Of a stretch of 64,000 nt of DNA, positions 8,669 to 17,671 are shown one piece after another. How positions within the stretch are numbered: the stretch's first letter is position 1; every line of letters starts with the position of its first letter. The DNA lies in the IMG/VR virus record IMGVR_UViG_3300011934_000017, positions 124,001-188,000 of that record, one strand, 5' to 3'. Under the pieces are notes generated by a model. That model saw only the letters and a program-made list of their open reading frames with translations. It did not search any database and was not told the DNA's origin. A program made the translations under genes and the position numbers.

Positions 8669-9137
8669 TGATAACCTCGAAGGAGCGCTTAGTTATTTCT
8701 TGATGATGTTCCATCAACTCTTTTCGAACTTCTGTCAAAATGCGACCAAGATGATTTTGACCAGTGCCTTCTACTTTACCCCAGAATCTATCGCCATGAT
8801 TGTTTCCTTCTTCTAACACAGCAGGGTACGTACCGATCAGTGAAATAGATAGATCAGGATTCTGTTTAAATTTCATGCGTACAATATTTTTCATCACGCG
8901 AAGCTTAACGTCTTCCCAGTCTTCACGCATAACAACCTTGTATCCAAAATGCTTTGCTTGCTTGGGCGAAGTAGCTTCAGCGATCTTTCGTTTCATCTGC
9001 CTATCACCAGTCTTGGCTGCCTGATAGGCGTGTTCAGAAGTCGGATAAGTAATGCCCCTACGTTCAATAGGGGCTGCATAGAAGTTGCTGAGGAAAAAAT
9101 ACTTTCCTCGAAAGCGATCAATTAGAGTGACGGTCAT
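8646..9137 (-). CDS. NADAR (YbiA-like) family protein
   Basis: FLSNFY, SEHAYQAAK, W...K..VM....KF.QN, E....DRFWG, G.N.LG..L..VR. Confidence 0.93.
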   Translation of the reverse strand: MTVTLIDRFRGKYFFLSNFYAAPIERRGITYPTSEHAYQAAKTGDRQMKRKIAEATSPKQAKHFGYKVVMREDWEDVKLRVMKNIVRMKFKQNPDLSISLIGTYPAVLEEGNNHGDRFWGKVEGTGQNHLGRILTEVRKELMEHHQEITKRSFEVINEHKRQK

Positions 9138-9540
9138 CTTCTAGCTCCTCTTTCAATAAATCTCTTTCGTCAGGACGTATATTGTGTAGAATTTCAATGG
9201 CACTCTGGATGCGATCTTCTGCCGTCATGATACGACCCTGCACCGAGGAATTACCAAAACGCTTGCTACTTCTAAGTCCTTGGCAGACTGCTACTTGGTC
9301 GGACAGTTTATCTAGCAGGTCATAAAACTCTTTTTCAGGATTTTGCTGGGCTTCGTGCCCAATCTTACGTGCTTTCCACTGAACAACACGCTCTTCAGTG
9401 CTTCTTGGTTCTACGTGCGAATACATAGCATCTTCCGCGTTTTCGAATGCGTTTTTAGGACGCACAACACCTAAAGAAAACAAAGACGGATGCAGGTTGC
9501 GAAAGAAAGAGGTAAATGAGGCTTTACGAAGGATTGACAT
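9118..9540 (-). CDS. hypothetical protein (start trimmed from 9783)
   Basis: ATG at 9540 with SD AAGGA; the longer track ORF overlaps the upstream gene. Confidence 0.65.
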   Translation of the reverse strand: MSILRKASFTSFFRNLHPSLFSLGVVRPKNAFENAEDAMYSHVEPRSTEERVVQWKARKIGHEAQQNPEKEFYDLLDKLSDQVAVCQGLRSSKRFGNSSVQGRIMTAEDRIQSAIEILHNIRPDERDLLKEELEDDRHSN

Positions 9541-9589
9541 GGTGCTTCCTTGTTTTGAACGCGCAACGCGCATTATGTAGAGGTAGAAG

Positions 9590-9835
9590 TTAGATGTTAA
9601 ACGATTGTGATTTTCTGGGATCTGGATCACCGTTGTAGAAATCCCATTCATCACTATTGATAAACCCGAACGTGAAGTCCCAATCAGGAGTGTCTTTAAG
9701 ACGAATAGATTCATTGTTTTTCGTGACGATAATAATCTCCTTGGTTTGGTTATCCCAATACCAGTAGCCAAGAAAGCCAGCACAGGTCATTTTCTTACCG
9801 TGCTTCATCCAGTTAAAAGCTGTTTGGAATCTCAT
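9590..9835 (-). CDS. DUF2829 / Tad2-like small protein
   Basis: M.F..AF..MK.G.K....GYW.W......T...I.SDEW pattern resembles the DUF2829 family. Confidence 0.5.
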   Translation of the reverse strand: MRFQTAFNWMKHGKKMTCAGFLGYWYWDNQTKEIIIVTKNNESIRLKDTPDWDFTFGFINSDEWDFYNGDPDPRKSQSFNI

Positions 9836-9845
9836 AGTATAATCT

Positions 9846-10046
9846 CTAGCCTTCTAATGGTCCGTATTTATGCTTCTTAGCGAATTTGTAACACCACGTT
9901 TCAGAAACCATAGTCGCACAGGTCTGACAGAGAGGCATCACACCGCCTCGCCACCAATACAGCGTTTGCTTTTTACATTTAACGCAATCTTCTATGCCGT
10001 ATTTGAGGAGTTCAGGATCATTTTCTTTGATTACAGGTACAGGCAT
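9846..10046 (-). CDS. small Zn-ribbon protein
   Basis: CVKC...CQTC. Confidence 0.6.
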   Translation of the reverse strand: MPVPVIKENDPELLKYGIEDCVKCKKQTLYWWRGGVMPLCQTCATMVSETWCYKFAKKHKYGPLEG

Positions 10047-10061
10047 CTGGTATCTCCTATG

Positions 10062-10397
10062 CTATAAGCGAAGACTTCTTGCCGACGTAGATCGTGTAGG
10101 CGAGGATTTGACATCAAGGCGATCCGCAATGTTTTGAATTTCTTCCAGTTTAGGAATGTCTTCAGACTCTATTGCTTCTATTTTGCCCAACAGTCGATTG
10201 ATATCCTCTTCACGAGAGCTTGCGTATTTCAAAGCCTCGTCTACCGTATCAAAATCAGGACAAATTTCAGGTGTTTTAGGTTGGGCACCAGAGACCGTAG
10301 AATACTTGGCGTAGACAGCATCATACTTCGCGTTTATACGTGCAACCAGTTCTTTAGCTTTCTTTAGATAGGAAGTTGTTTCTTCAAAGGTACGCAT
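10062..10397 (-). CDS. hypothetical helical protein
   Basis: 111-aa ORF in operon with SD AAGGA. Confidence 0.65.
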   Translation of the reverse strand: MRTFEETTSYLKKAKELVARINAKYDAVYAKYSTVSGAQPKTPEICPDFDTVDEALKYASSREEDINRLLGKIEAIESEDIPKLEEIQNIADRLDVKSSPTRSTSARSLRL

Positions 10398-10406
10398 GAG
10401 GCTTCC

Positions 10407-11078
10407 TTAGTTTTGTTTGAGAATTTTCTTTAGCTTACTATATTTACATTCTTTCGTGACGATACCGACGGTCTTTGCTTTTGTCCTAGAGTGCTGTATA
10501 AACTTGGAGTGTAAGCATGACGTGTCTAAGATTAGACCTGAACTAAAGGCGTCCAAAGCTGCCTTCTCAAAAGATTTTACGTCTACTATGTTTGTGGAAA
10601 GTGCAGGACCGTTGGAGAAGACAAGCGCAAACTTGAAACCATCAGATACAGGCAACAGCTTTAAAAAACTCAGATCGAAGCCTGACTGAAAGGCCGAAAA
10701 CAAAACGCAGTGCAATACGTTAGGTTCTATCAGAATAAAAATCTTTCCGTCGTCTTTAAGAACCCTGCTACAAAAAGTGAAGAAAGGGTCCACGTAGAAA
10801 GCCCATGCTTTAGGATGTAGCAAAGCTCGCACATTGAAGTGATAGTGGTCTGGATATGTCAACACAAGACCAACGGATTTATCACTCAGCTTCCTCATGC
10901 CTTCAGACAGATTGGTATAAAATAAAATGGCAGAGCCGTCATCCGTTTGAAAAGCTTTTTGATCACTGCGCTTAACGCGATCATACGCCGACAGTACGTG
11001 GCCTCCATGTACGTCGCATTCCGAAATAATGGAAACATCTATTGCCGTACAACCACAACTATAGACGTTGATCTTCAC
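10407..11078 (-). CDS. degenerate DNA amino-methyltransferase-like protein
   Basis: LSDKSVGLVLTYPDHY (cf. DLI.TDPPY), RVLKDDGKIFI, GLILDTSCLHS (cf. VLDPF.GSG). Confidence 0.5.
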   Translation of the reverse strand: MKINVYSCGCTAIDVSIISECDVHGGHVLSAYDRVKRSDQKAFQTDDGSAILFYTNLSEGMRKLSDKSVGLVLTYPDHYHFNVRALLHPKAWAFYVDPFFTFCSRVLKDDGKIFILIEPNVLHCVLFSAFQSGFDLSFLKLLPVSDGFKFALVFSNGPALSTNIVDVKSFEKAALDAFSSGLILDTSCLHSKFIQHSRTKAKTVGIVTKECKYSKLKKILKQN

Positions 11079-11449
11079 GACAGCTTTCCTTCGTCTCCGT
11101 CCATAGAGTTATCAGGCGGCACATAGTCGAATTGGCTTTTCATTTCAAAAGACGGACCTACGTAGTCTACAAAAGGAAAGTCTTCTATGTCACCTGACTG
11201 CCAACGTTCAATCGCTTCAACGAATTTGCCAAAAGAAACAAGCACCGCTACTGGTAGATCGGACAGCAGCTTTATCTCCATCATATCAGAGTTAACGACG
11301 GTGAAGCCCATAGCTTTAACGTCCATATCAAAGTAGGATATTAGTCGGTAATCCTCTTCGACAGGCAACACAACATAGGCAGAGCTTTGTACTTCTTGCA
11401 GTTGAGAGTTTAAGTCAAGAATCTCGGACTTTAGATCAGAAAATAACAT
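11075..11449 (-). CDS. hypothetical protein
   Basis: 124-aa ORF overlapping the next gene by 4 nt. Confidence 0.65.
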   Translation of the reverse strand: MLFSDLKSEILDLNSQLQEVQSSAYVVLPVEEDYRLISYFDMDVKAMGFTVVNSDMMEIKLLSDLPVAVLVSFGKFVEAIERWQSGDIEDFPFVDYVGPSFEMKSQFDYVPPDNSMDGDEGKLS

Positions 11450-11450
11450 A

Positions 11451-12155
11451 CTAGCTCCTGTCTATCGAAAACTCCAAAGAGGAAGAAACTAAGTCTTTGG
11501 CGAGGAGTGGTTTATCATGAATGATGCGGCTATCAAACAACGCCATGTATTCATCGTTATCACACACTATGGAAAGAACACGGTTTTTAGCCATCATAAA
11601 GAATGTTTCTGCACCGTTCGCTTCTATGATATCCTGAAGTCTTTTAACTCCTTTCAAAAGGGCTTCTGTGTCAGGATGGGTCTTTAGCAGAATCAAGTGA
11701 TCATACGGAATGGAGCCGGTAGCGGCAAGGTAGTTGTATGTCTTCCAGTGCAAGTCTAGCTTCCACTCCAGTCGTTGGCAAAGCTGGTGCGCATCATGAT
11801 CTTCATACGTAGCAAACCAACGTTGTGGTTCTACCTTTTTCTTCAAGTGACGTATGAACGCAAGCTCTCTGCGGGCTTCGTCAAGGCAAGGCTGTGCGGT
11901 CACCTTACGCGCTTTCTGCTCGTCAATGTTACACTGCGCCAGCATCTTTCCGCTCTTAGACTCTGTATCATCTGAGAGGATAACCTTCGAAGCCAATACT
12001 TTTGCCTGTGCTCGCAAACTTTCAGCCATAGAAGATTGAATGGCAAAGTCTCGATCCTCTTCCAATTCACACAGCACACGGTAGGCTTCATCGCACGTAT
12101 GGCAATTACTCAGAATAAGGTGAGCAATTTCAAACCTTGAATGTTTCCAATGCAT
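11451..12155 (-). CDS. hypothetical helical protein (start trimmed to MHWKHS)
   Basis: ATG at 12155 with SD GGAG. Confidence 0.7.
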   Translation of the reverse strand: MHWKHSRFEIAHLILSNCHTCDEAYRVLCELEEDRDFAIQSSMAESLRAQAKVLASKVILSDDTESKSGKMLAQCNIDEQKARKVTAQPCLDEARRELAFIRHLKKKVEPQRWFATYEDHDAHQLCQRLEWKLDLHWKTYNYLAATGSIPYDHLILLKTHPDTEALLKGVKRLQDIIEANGAETFFMMAKNRVLSIVCDNDEYMALFDSRIIHDKPLLAKDLVSSSLEFSIDRS

Positions 12156-12319
12156 AGTTCTCTCCAAAGCAAAATACCCGTGATGAAAGCAATTCAAAAG
12201 CTAAACTCGAAAGTTCGTTTTGATATTGACTCCCAAACACGGGTATTTATTAACAAGCACCAACATGGTCAGTGCTTGTTGTACCGGCAACGATTTTTAA
12301 TTAGTTTGAAGCGGCAAGC

Positions 12320-12796
12320 TTATAGCTCGTCGTCAAAATCATCGAAGTCGTCAGACTTTGCAGCTTTCTTGGCTTTCTTAGTCTTCTTGCCTTTGGCAGG
12401 AGCAGCTTCATCGGCAGCTTTCTTGGCTTTCTTAGTCTTCTTGCCTTTGGCGGGTGCTTCTTCTTCAGCAGCAGCTTTCTTACCTTTCTTGCCTTTCTTG
12501 CCTTTGGCGGGTGCTTCTTCTTCAGCAGCAGCTTTCTTGCCTTTACCTTTCTTGCCTTTGGCAGGCTTTTCTTCGGCAGCAGCTTTCTTGCCTTTACCTT
12601 TCTTGCCTTTGGCAGGAGCGGCGGCAGCTTCTTCGCCATTTTCTACGACTTCAAGTTGAGCCTGCACGTTTACGATTGCTTCATCGATTTTATTAGCCGC
12701 TTGGCCTAGACTCTTTTCTGAAGCTTGCAAGGCGCGAAGTTCTTTCTTGAGACGTGAAGCTTCGGCGCGCTGTTGAAGTTCTACTGTTTTAGCCAT
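12320..12796 (-). CDS. histone H1-like Lys/Ala-rich protein with tandem repeats
   Basis: Five AAxxxPAKGKKxKKxKK units after an N-terminal coiled coil; ends DDFDDFDDEL. Confidence 0.8.
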   Translation of the reverse strand: MAKTVELQQRAEASRLKKELRALQASEKSLGQAANKIDEAIVNVQAQLEVVENGEEAAAAPAKGKKGKGKKAAAEEKPAKGKKGKGKKAAAEEEAPAKGKKGKKGKKAAAEEEAPAKGKKTKKAKKAADEAAPAKGKKTKKAKKAAKSDDFDDFDDEL

Positions 12797-12852
12797 TTTC
12801 TACTCTCCGAGATTTACTGCAAAAATACAACGTATGTTGTAAGAAGGGATCA

Positions 12853-12880
12853 AAGAACGGAAACAACTTCCGTTCTTTTT
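12853..12880. terminator. hairpin between acidic-protein gene and H1-like gene
   Basis: AAAGAACGGAA-ACAAC-TTCCGTTCTTT. Confidence 0.6.
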
Positions 12881-12887
12881 ATTTACA
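12880..12887 (-). promoter_or_regulatory. TGTAAATA motif
   Basis: Intergenic, upstream of the H1-like gene. Confidence 0.55.
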
Positions 12888-12921
12888 CTTTACCAGGTTT
12901 CTAAAATTAGACGATTAGGAA

Positions 12922-13314
12922 TTATTCGTCCCAGTCATCGTCATCGTCTTCATCTTCATCATCTTCATCATCTTCATCATCTTCATCATCTTCATCATCT
13001 TCATCTTCATCATCTTCATCGTCGTCGAGGTCTTCATCGTCGTCGAGGTCTTCGTCCTCGTCTTCGTCCTCGTCCTCTTCGTCAGCTTCATCTTCATCTT
13101 CATCTTCATCGTCATCGCCGAAGTCATCATCCTCTTCATCATCACCGGAATCATCTTCACCGTCTGGAACGGATTCGGCAACAGCGTCGGTAAGCGTGTC
13201 TAGCGTATAACCAGCAGCCTGGGCTTCGGACAATAGAGTAAGAATTGCGGAAGCAAGCAGTTCTTCCAAGTTCAGTTTTGGAGCTTTTGCTGCGGTTTTC
13301 TTTGACTTCGCCAT
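12922..13314 (-). CDS. highly acidic protein (poly-D/E C-terminal half)
   Basis: Basic N-terminus, short helix, long D/E tract built of 9-nt tandem repeats; ends DDDDWDE. Confidence 0.8.
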   Translation of the reverse strand: MAKSKKTAAKAPKLNLEELLASAILTLLSEAQAAGYTLDTLTDAVAESVPDGEDDSGDDEEDDDFGDDDEDEDEDEADEEDEDEDEDEDLDDDEDLDDDEDDEDEDDEDDEDDEDDEDDEDEDDDDDWDE

Positions 13315-13390
13315 TTTTAATTCCTCAATACTGATAAGATTTAGTCGAGCATATCGACAGATAGTTTTTACACTTTTACTTCAACTTACT

Positions 13391-14059
13391 TCAGAGGTCT
13401 TCGTCATCTAAGTCGTCGTCTTCTTCCTCGTCGTCGTCTTCATCTTCCTCGTCGTCGAGGTCTTCATCTTCCTCGTCGTCGAGGTCTTCATCTTCCTCGT
13501 CGTCCTCGTCCTCCTCTTCATCTTCGAGGTCTTCATCTTCTTCATCAAAATCTTCTTCTACAGGCTTTTTCTTCTTAGCCTTTCGTGAGGACTTTTCGTT
13601 ATCTTCTTCGTCCGCAAAGACTTCGATGTGGACGTTATCGTTTGAAAAGATTGTAGTAATCTCTCCAGTAACGGAATCTTTTACCGTCAAGGTACCTGTA
13701 GCAGCATCGCGGCGAACAAGACCTTTCACCGTGTACATAAGCTCAGACTTGATAAGGGTGATGCTTGACGGCTCACCTGGCTTACCGAAAACTTTGACAA
13801 CATCGCGGATTAAAAATGTTGAAATGCGAGTCTTTTTTGAGGCGTTAGTTTTCTTATGACGAAACACAACGCCTGTTTCATCGTAGGAGACTAGAAAACC
13901 ATTTAGCGTTACAGGTACGCGCATAGCATAGACGTTTACGGTATGTACCGCTTTCTTCGCGTCTAAGCCTACACCAGCTTTGATGCCGCGTAGACGTTTT
14001 GAAATCTTTTCAGACTGTGATAGGCGACCACGAGGTGCGCGTGTTGCTGACTTAGCCAT
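13391..14059 (-). CDS. beta-rich protein with acidic tail
   Basis: Basic N-terminus, globular middle, D/E tract ending DDLDDEDL. Confidence 0.8.
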   Translation of the reverse strand: MAKSATRAPRGRLSQSEKISKRLRGIKAGVGLDAKKAVHTVNVYAMRVPVTLNGFLVSYDETGVVFRHKKTNASKKTRISTFLIRDVVKVFGKPGEPSSITLIKSELMYTVKGLVRRDAATGTLTVKDSVTGEITTIFSNDNVHIEVFADEEDNEKSSRKAKKKKPVEEDFDEEDEDLEDEEEDEDDEEDEDLDDEEDEDLDDEEDEDDDEEEDDDLDDEDL

Positions 14060-14105
14060 TTGAGCTTCCTTCAGATTAAAGAAAATTGCTTGTCTTACGA
14101 ATTAG

Positions 14106-14113
14106 TATTTACA
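14106..14113 (-). promoter_or_regulatory. TGTAAATA motif
   Basis: Between terminator hairpin 14124-14143 and start codon 14059. Confidence 0.6.
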
Positions 14114-14123
14114 CTTTATTGCA

Positions 14124-14143
14124 GAAGGGGCAGATGCCCCTTC
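14124..14143 (-). terminator. GC hairpin after the 14146-15366 gene
   Basis: GAAGGGGCA-GA-TGCCCCTTC. Confidence 0.6.
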
Positions 14144-14145
14144 GA

Positions 14146-15366
14146 TCATACCATCAAAAGAATGTCGGAATTTTCAGGCATCAGCAGTGCGGCTGCTTGC
14201 TGTGCAGTGTTGCCAGCAGGGAACAAACGGTAGATATCGTTATCCAGATCAACCGCACAGTGATGCAAGTAATTCGTGGAGATAATAACCGCTTCGCTTC
14301 CTTCTTCTACTGAGTAATGCTGTAGAAGTTCTACCACAGCAGAATCCAGCAGGTCTTCAGAACTAAAGGCGAAAGTCAGACGGAAGTCATCTTCTTCCAT
14401 GCTTGCGGCTTTAGCGTAGTTAGAAATGATACGCTGAATTGTAGCGAACGGTTTGATCAGCGAAGAGGAGCCTACAAGCAACGGCATCTTCACATTAACA
14501 GCGATGGTCGGACGAATTACGATAGTGCCGTCTTCATCGGTGTCAAACACTGCCCAGGTACCAAAGTGGTAAGATTCTTCGGCAGGAACTGTGTGCGTAG
14601 TAGGAGAAGCCGTAGCATTTACTTCTGTTACGCCAACAGAATCAAGGCCGTCTTCGTCGTCCTCTTCTGTGTCTTCAGTCTCTTCTTCCTGATGGAGTTC
14701 AATGAACTTGAATACAGGGTTCGAAGGATCAGGAAAGGCACCGTACATGATATTGTTGATATCCGCATTCATGTGATCCATCATGGCAGTAACACGATCT
14801 TCTGTGTTAGAGGCAGGACCAAAGAACACAACACTACGGTCAGACATACGGTCAACGTAACGCGCTAGCTCTGCAAGGTTGTCACGAATAAGACCGTACG
14901 GGTTATTCTTTTTACCAATGCCTTTGCGCATCGGGCTGTTCACGCTGTAGAACGCATCACCGATACGAACAACATCAGGAACATCGGCAGTTTCGCGTGA
15001 AACGTTGAGCATGATACGCGGAGCGATTCGCAGGCGCACAGAATCATTGCCTGCAAACAGTTGATTCAAAGTAGGTGCTGTTTCTTCTTCTGCTTCGCCT
15101 TGTTCTGGTTCTTCATCAACTACCATTTGAGTTGATTCGAGTTCAATCTCTGGAACCGATTCAACAGGCTCGCGATCACCTTCTGCGAAAGAACGTGCGG
15201 ACATGGATACGCCGTTATTATCGCGCTTAGCCATAAGCTCTGAAATTTCGGCATCAACATCGCTGTTTTGGGTACGGTTTTGATCAGTCATTTTCTTTAC
15301 CTCTTTTTCGTTTTGGGATACCATCTGCTGGTGAAGCTGGGAGCGTCTACTGCTCACTCTGTCCAT
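14146..15366 (-). CDS. acidic hypothetical protein (alternative start 15291)
   Basis: 406-aa ORF; both ATGs have SD-like sequences. Confidence 0.75.
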   Translation of the reverse strand: MDRVSSRRSQLHQQMVSQNEKEVKKMTDQNRTQNSDVDAEISELMAKRDNNGVSMSARSFAEGDREPVESVPEIELESTQMVVDEEPEQGEAEEETAPTLNQLFAGNDSVRLRIAPRIMLNVSRETADVPDVVRIGDAFYSVNSPMRKGIGKKNNPYGLIRDNLAELARYVDRMSDRSVVFFGPASNTEDRVTAMMDHMNADINNIMYGAFPDPSNPVFKFIELHQEEETEDTEEDDEDGLDSVGVTEVNATASPTTHTVPAEESYHFGTWAVFDTDEDGTIVIRPTIAVNVKMPLLVGSSSLIKPFATIQRIISNYAKAASMEEDDFRLTFAFSSEDLLDSAVVELLQHYSVEEGSEAVIISTNYLHHCAVDLDNDIYRLFPAGNTAQQAAALLMPENSDILLMV

Positions 15367-15376
15367 GTAATGTCTC

Positions 15377-16870
15377 TCACTCGGAAGTAATGATATACAC
15401 TGGAAGCTTCTGTTCTTTATTTACACTTCCCAGTTCTACAGGTCGTGCAATGATTCCAGTGACCTTTTGATCGGGCATACGTTCTGCAAACTTCTCAACG
15501 TATTTACAGTAGGCTTTTTCTGTAAGCGGACCTCCTTTCGTTCTAAGAACCGAGTAGTCGTCAAACAAATTGTCGTTGGTCACAGCAAAACCGTTCGATT
15601 GCAAATGTCGATTAACGTGCTGACCGACAGGTATAGGACGAACGTTACCGCGACTGCCGTAGTAAATGTCAGAAGCGACAAACCTGAAGTAGTTTTCAGG
15701 GCTACGAATGAACTGGTCAATGCGATACTTTGCATTGGCGTCCCGCAGCGAATCGAGGGACCTCTTGAGCTTTTCAATTTTGCTCTGAAGCAGAGGGACA
15801 GCTTTGCCTTGCTTGATTATCTCAGCATTCTTTTTGATAGAAGAGGCGGCAGCTTTAAGTTCGGCTGCCTCTTCGTAATTCTTTTTACGCTTTGCGCGGC
15901 TGTGTTTCTTGCGCGCCTCTTCAAACAGGTCTTTCAGACGTTCTAATTCGGAACCGTCTTTGATTCTTTTAATCTTCTCTTTCTTCTGGTCAATGTCATC
16001 CAATAGATCAACTACTTCAGGGCAGTCTACTATGGGTCTACGTTCTTCGTTCAGAGTACCTAGAAAATAATCGAACAAGGCAGAGACGGACTTAACTTCA
16101 GGTAGATGCGACTTGATGCTGTCTTTCATCGAGTCTGGAACAGTCAGTGTACCAGCCACAACAAAATAGTTTGCAGGACCAGAAAGCAATTCTGATACGT
16201 TACCGTGATAATCAGGATTGATCAGACGTTTGCCGTTAGAGCCAATGTAATTCGGTATGTCTAACTTGATAGCAACATCAAGACTAACGCGCTCACCGTC
16301 TAGGCCACCGATACGCACGTCATACAGGTAACTGTAGCTTCGCTTTTCGGTCTTGTGAATACGATAAACCACAAACATGCGCAGACCTGCGAGAAGTGGT
16401 GATATCAAATAACTGCCTTCAGGCACACCTCGAACAGGCTCTTTTTTGTACTGAGGTAACATCGAGGTATAGATATCATCCAACATCGCAGGATAAGCGT
16501 ATTCTTCAAGATTCGAAATGTGTTTTTTCAAATCACTCTGGCATTCTTCAAACTCAAGAGGACCAGAACCAAGTAGCGCGAAGTTTGCCCACGACATACC
16601 GTGAGCGTCGCTTTCTGGAACACCAAGACCTACAGAATACATCATGGACAGCGTGTACATGTCATCAGTATTACCTGACGTGGCACCTTTAGCAATCTTT
16701 TCGACTACCGTCTTCGCAAGATTAGGCATAATATTTGCGGTCTCTTCATCGGTTAAGTAAAGAGGGAAGTCCAAGATAGAGCCAGGATACGGAGTATGAA
16801 CAACGCAGCGCTCGACCATGAACAAACGGTAAAAAAGATCGCTCAAAGGCTCATGTAACTGATCCATCAT
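15377..16870 (-). CDS. SEL1-repeat plus degenerate NAD-ligase adenylation-like domain with coiled-coil/UVR insert
   Basis: MYTLSMMYSVGLGVPESDAHGMSW (SEL1-like); SPLLAGLRMFVVY, VVAGTL, FVASD, LQSNGF, VTGIIAR in ligase-motif order; NYEEAAELK (UVR-like). Confidence 0.45.
   Translation of the reverse strand: MMDQLHEPLSDLFYRLFMVERCVVHTPYPGSILDFPLYLTDEETANIMPNLAKTVVEKIAKGATSGNTDDMYTLSMMYSVGLGVPESDAHGMSWANFALLGSGPLEFEECQSDLKKHISNLEEYAYPAMLDDIYTSMLPQYKKEPVRGVPEGSYLISPLLAGLRMFVVYRIHKTEKRSYSYLYDVRIGGLDGERVSLDVAIKLDIPNYIGSNGKRLINPDYHGNVSELLSGPANYFVVAGTLTVPDSMKDSIKSHLPEVKSVSALFDYFLGTLNEERRPIVDCPEVVDLLDDIDQKKEKIKRIKDGSELERLKDLFEEARKKHSRAKRKKNYEEAAELKAAASSIKKNAEIIKQGKAVPLLQSKIEKLKRSLDSLRDANAKYRIDQFIRSPENYFRFVASDIYYGSRGNVRPIPVGQHVNRHLQSNGFAVTNDNLFDDYSVLRTKGGPLTEKAYCKYVEKFAERMPDQKVTGIIARPVELGSVNKEQKLPVYIITSE
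15418..15425 (-). promoter_or_regulatory. TGTAAATA motif
   Basis: At the end of the upstream gene, about 50 nt before the 15366 start. Confidence 0.45.
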
Positions 16871-17234
16871 TTTTCTCCACCTGTTTTCGTATTCCGTTTA
16901 CATTGTCTGCAAACTCCAGAATAACATTAATCTCTTCGTCTTCTACTTGGTTATTTACAGCATTGAGAAACAGCTTTCTTTGCATGACACAAATGGCCTC
17001 GTCCGTAATGTGCGTACGGAACGCAACGAGGTCTTCATTAGCATGGATAAAAACATCATTCACCTGCTCTATGAATTTAGGTGAAAGATTGCGTTCACTC
17101 TTTTCAGTCGAGACAAATTCAGGAGAAAACAACACAGGTAAGGGATTGCCTGCTTGTGTTGTACCAGACTCTGATTCCATTATAGCAAAATAACGCTGTA
17201 GAAAAGTTCTTACACTAGGTGTACTCATTTTCAA
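16851..17234 (-). CDS. hypothetical protein
   Basis: 127-aa ORF in operon. Confidence 0.65.
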   Translation of the reverse strand: MKMSTPSVRTFLQRYFAIMESESGTTQAGNPLPVLFSPEFVSTEKSERNLSPKFIEQVNDVFIHANEDLVAFRTHITDEAICVMQRKLFLNAVNNQVEDEEINVILEFADNVNGIRKQVEKNDGSVT

Positions 17235-17268
17235 ACTCCAAAAGAGGCCGAAGCCCCTTGAACGTGTT

Positions 17269-17640
17269 TTACATTTTTGATGCGTCTTTCAGCTTTTTCA
17301 GCGGTGTAATCTTCAGCTTGATAGATGCAGGCTTGGCTTTGAACGTTGTCTCTTCACCGGTGAACGGGCTGATACCTTTACGCGCTTTCTTTGCAGGCAC
17401 TTTCTTGCTGGTAATCTTGAACAGACCGGACAGCATGAACTCACCGATACCACGCTTGCGCACATGACCAAGCATTGTTTCTTCTAGTGCATCCATGACC
17501 TTCTTAACATCTTTCTTGTCCAGCTCAGTCTTCTCTGCCAGATGCTCCAGAAGCTGAGTCTTAGTCATCTTTTCTTTGATGGCCTTGGGAGCAGTTGCTT
17601 TGGTAGCTGCTTTGGCAGTTGCTTTTGGCTTAGTAGTCAT
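17269..17640 (-). CDS. HU/IHF-family DNA-binding protein with Ala/Lys N-terminal tail
   Basis: MTKTQLLEHLAEKTELDKKDV...GLFKI...ARKGISPFTGE...FKAKPA. Confidence 0.92.
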   Translation of the reverse strand: MTTKPKATAKAATKATAPKAIKEKMTKTQLLEHLAEKTELDKKDVKKVMDALEETMLGHVRKRGIGEFMLSGLFKITSKKVPAKKARKGISPFTGEETTFKAKPASIKLKITPLKKLKDASKM

Positions 17641-17671
17641 TTTGAATTCCTTAATAAAATATAAAAGTTGC

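Noticed and set aside
12141-13181. ORFs 12141-12659, 12301-12639, 12454-12696 and 12915-13181
   Set aside because: Alternative-frame or antisense shadows of repeat-rich genes, with no RBS or independent signal.
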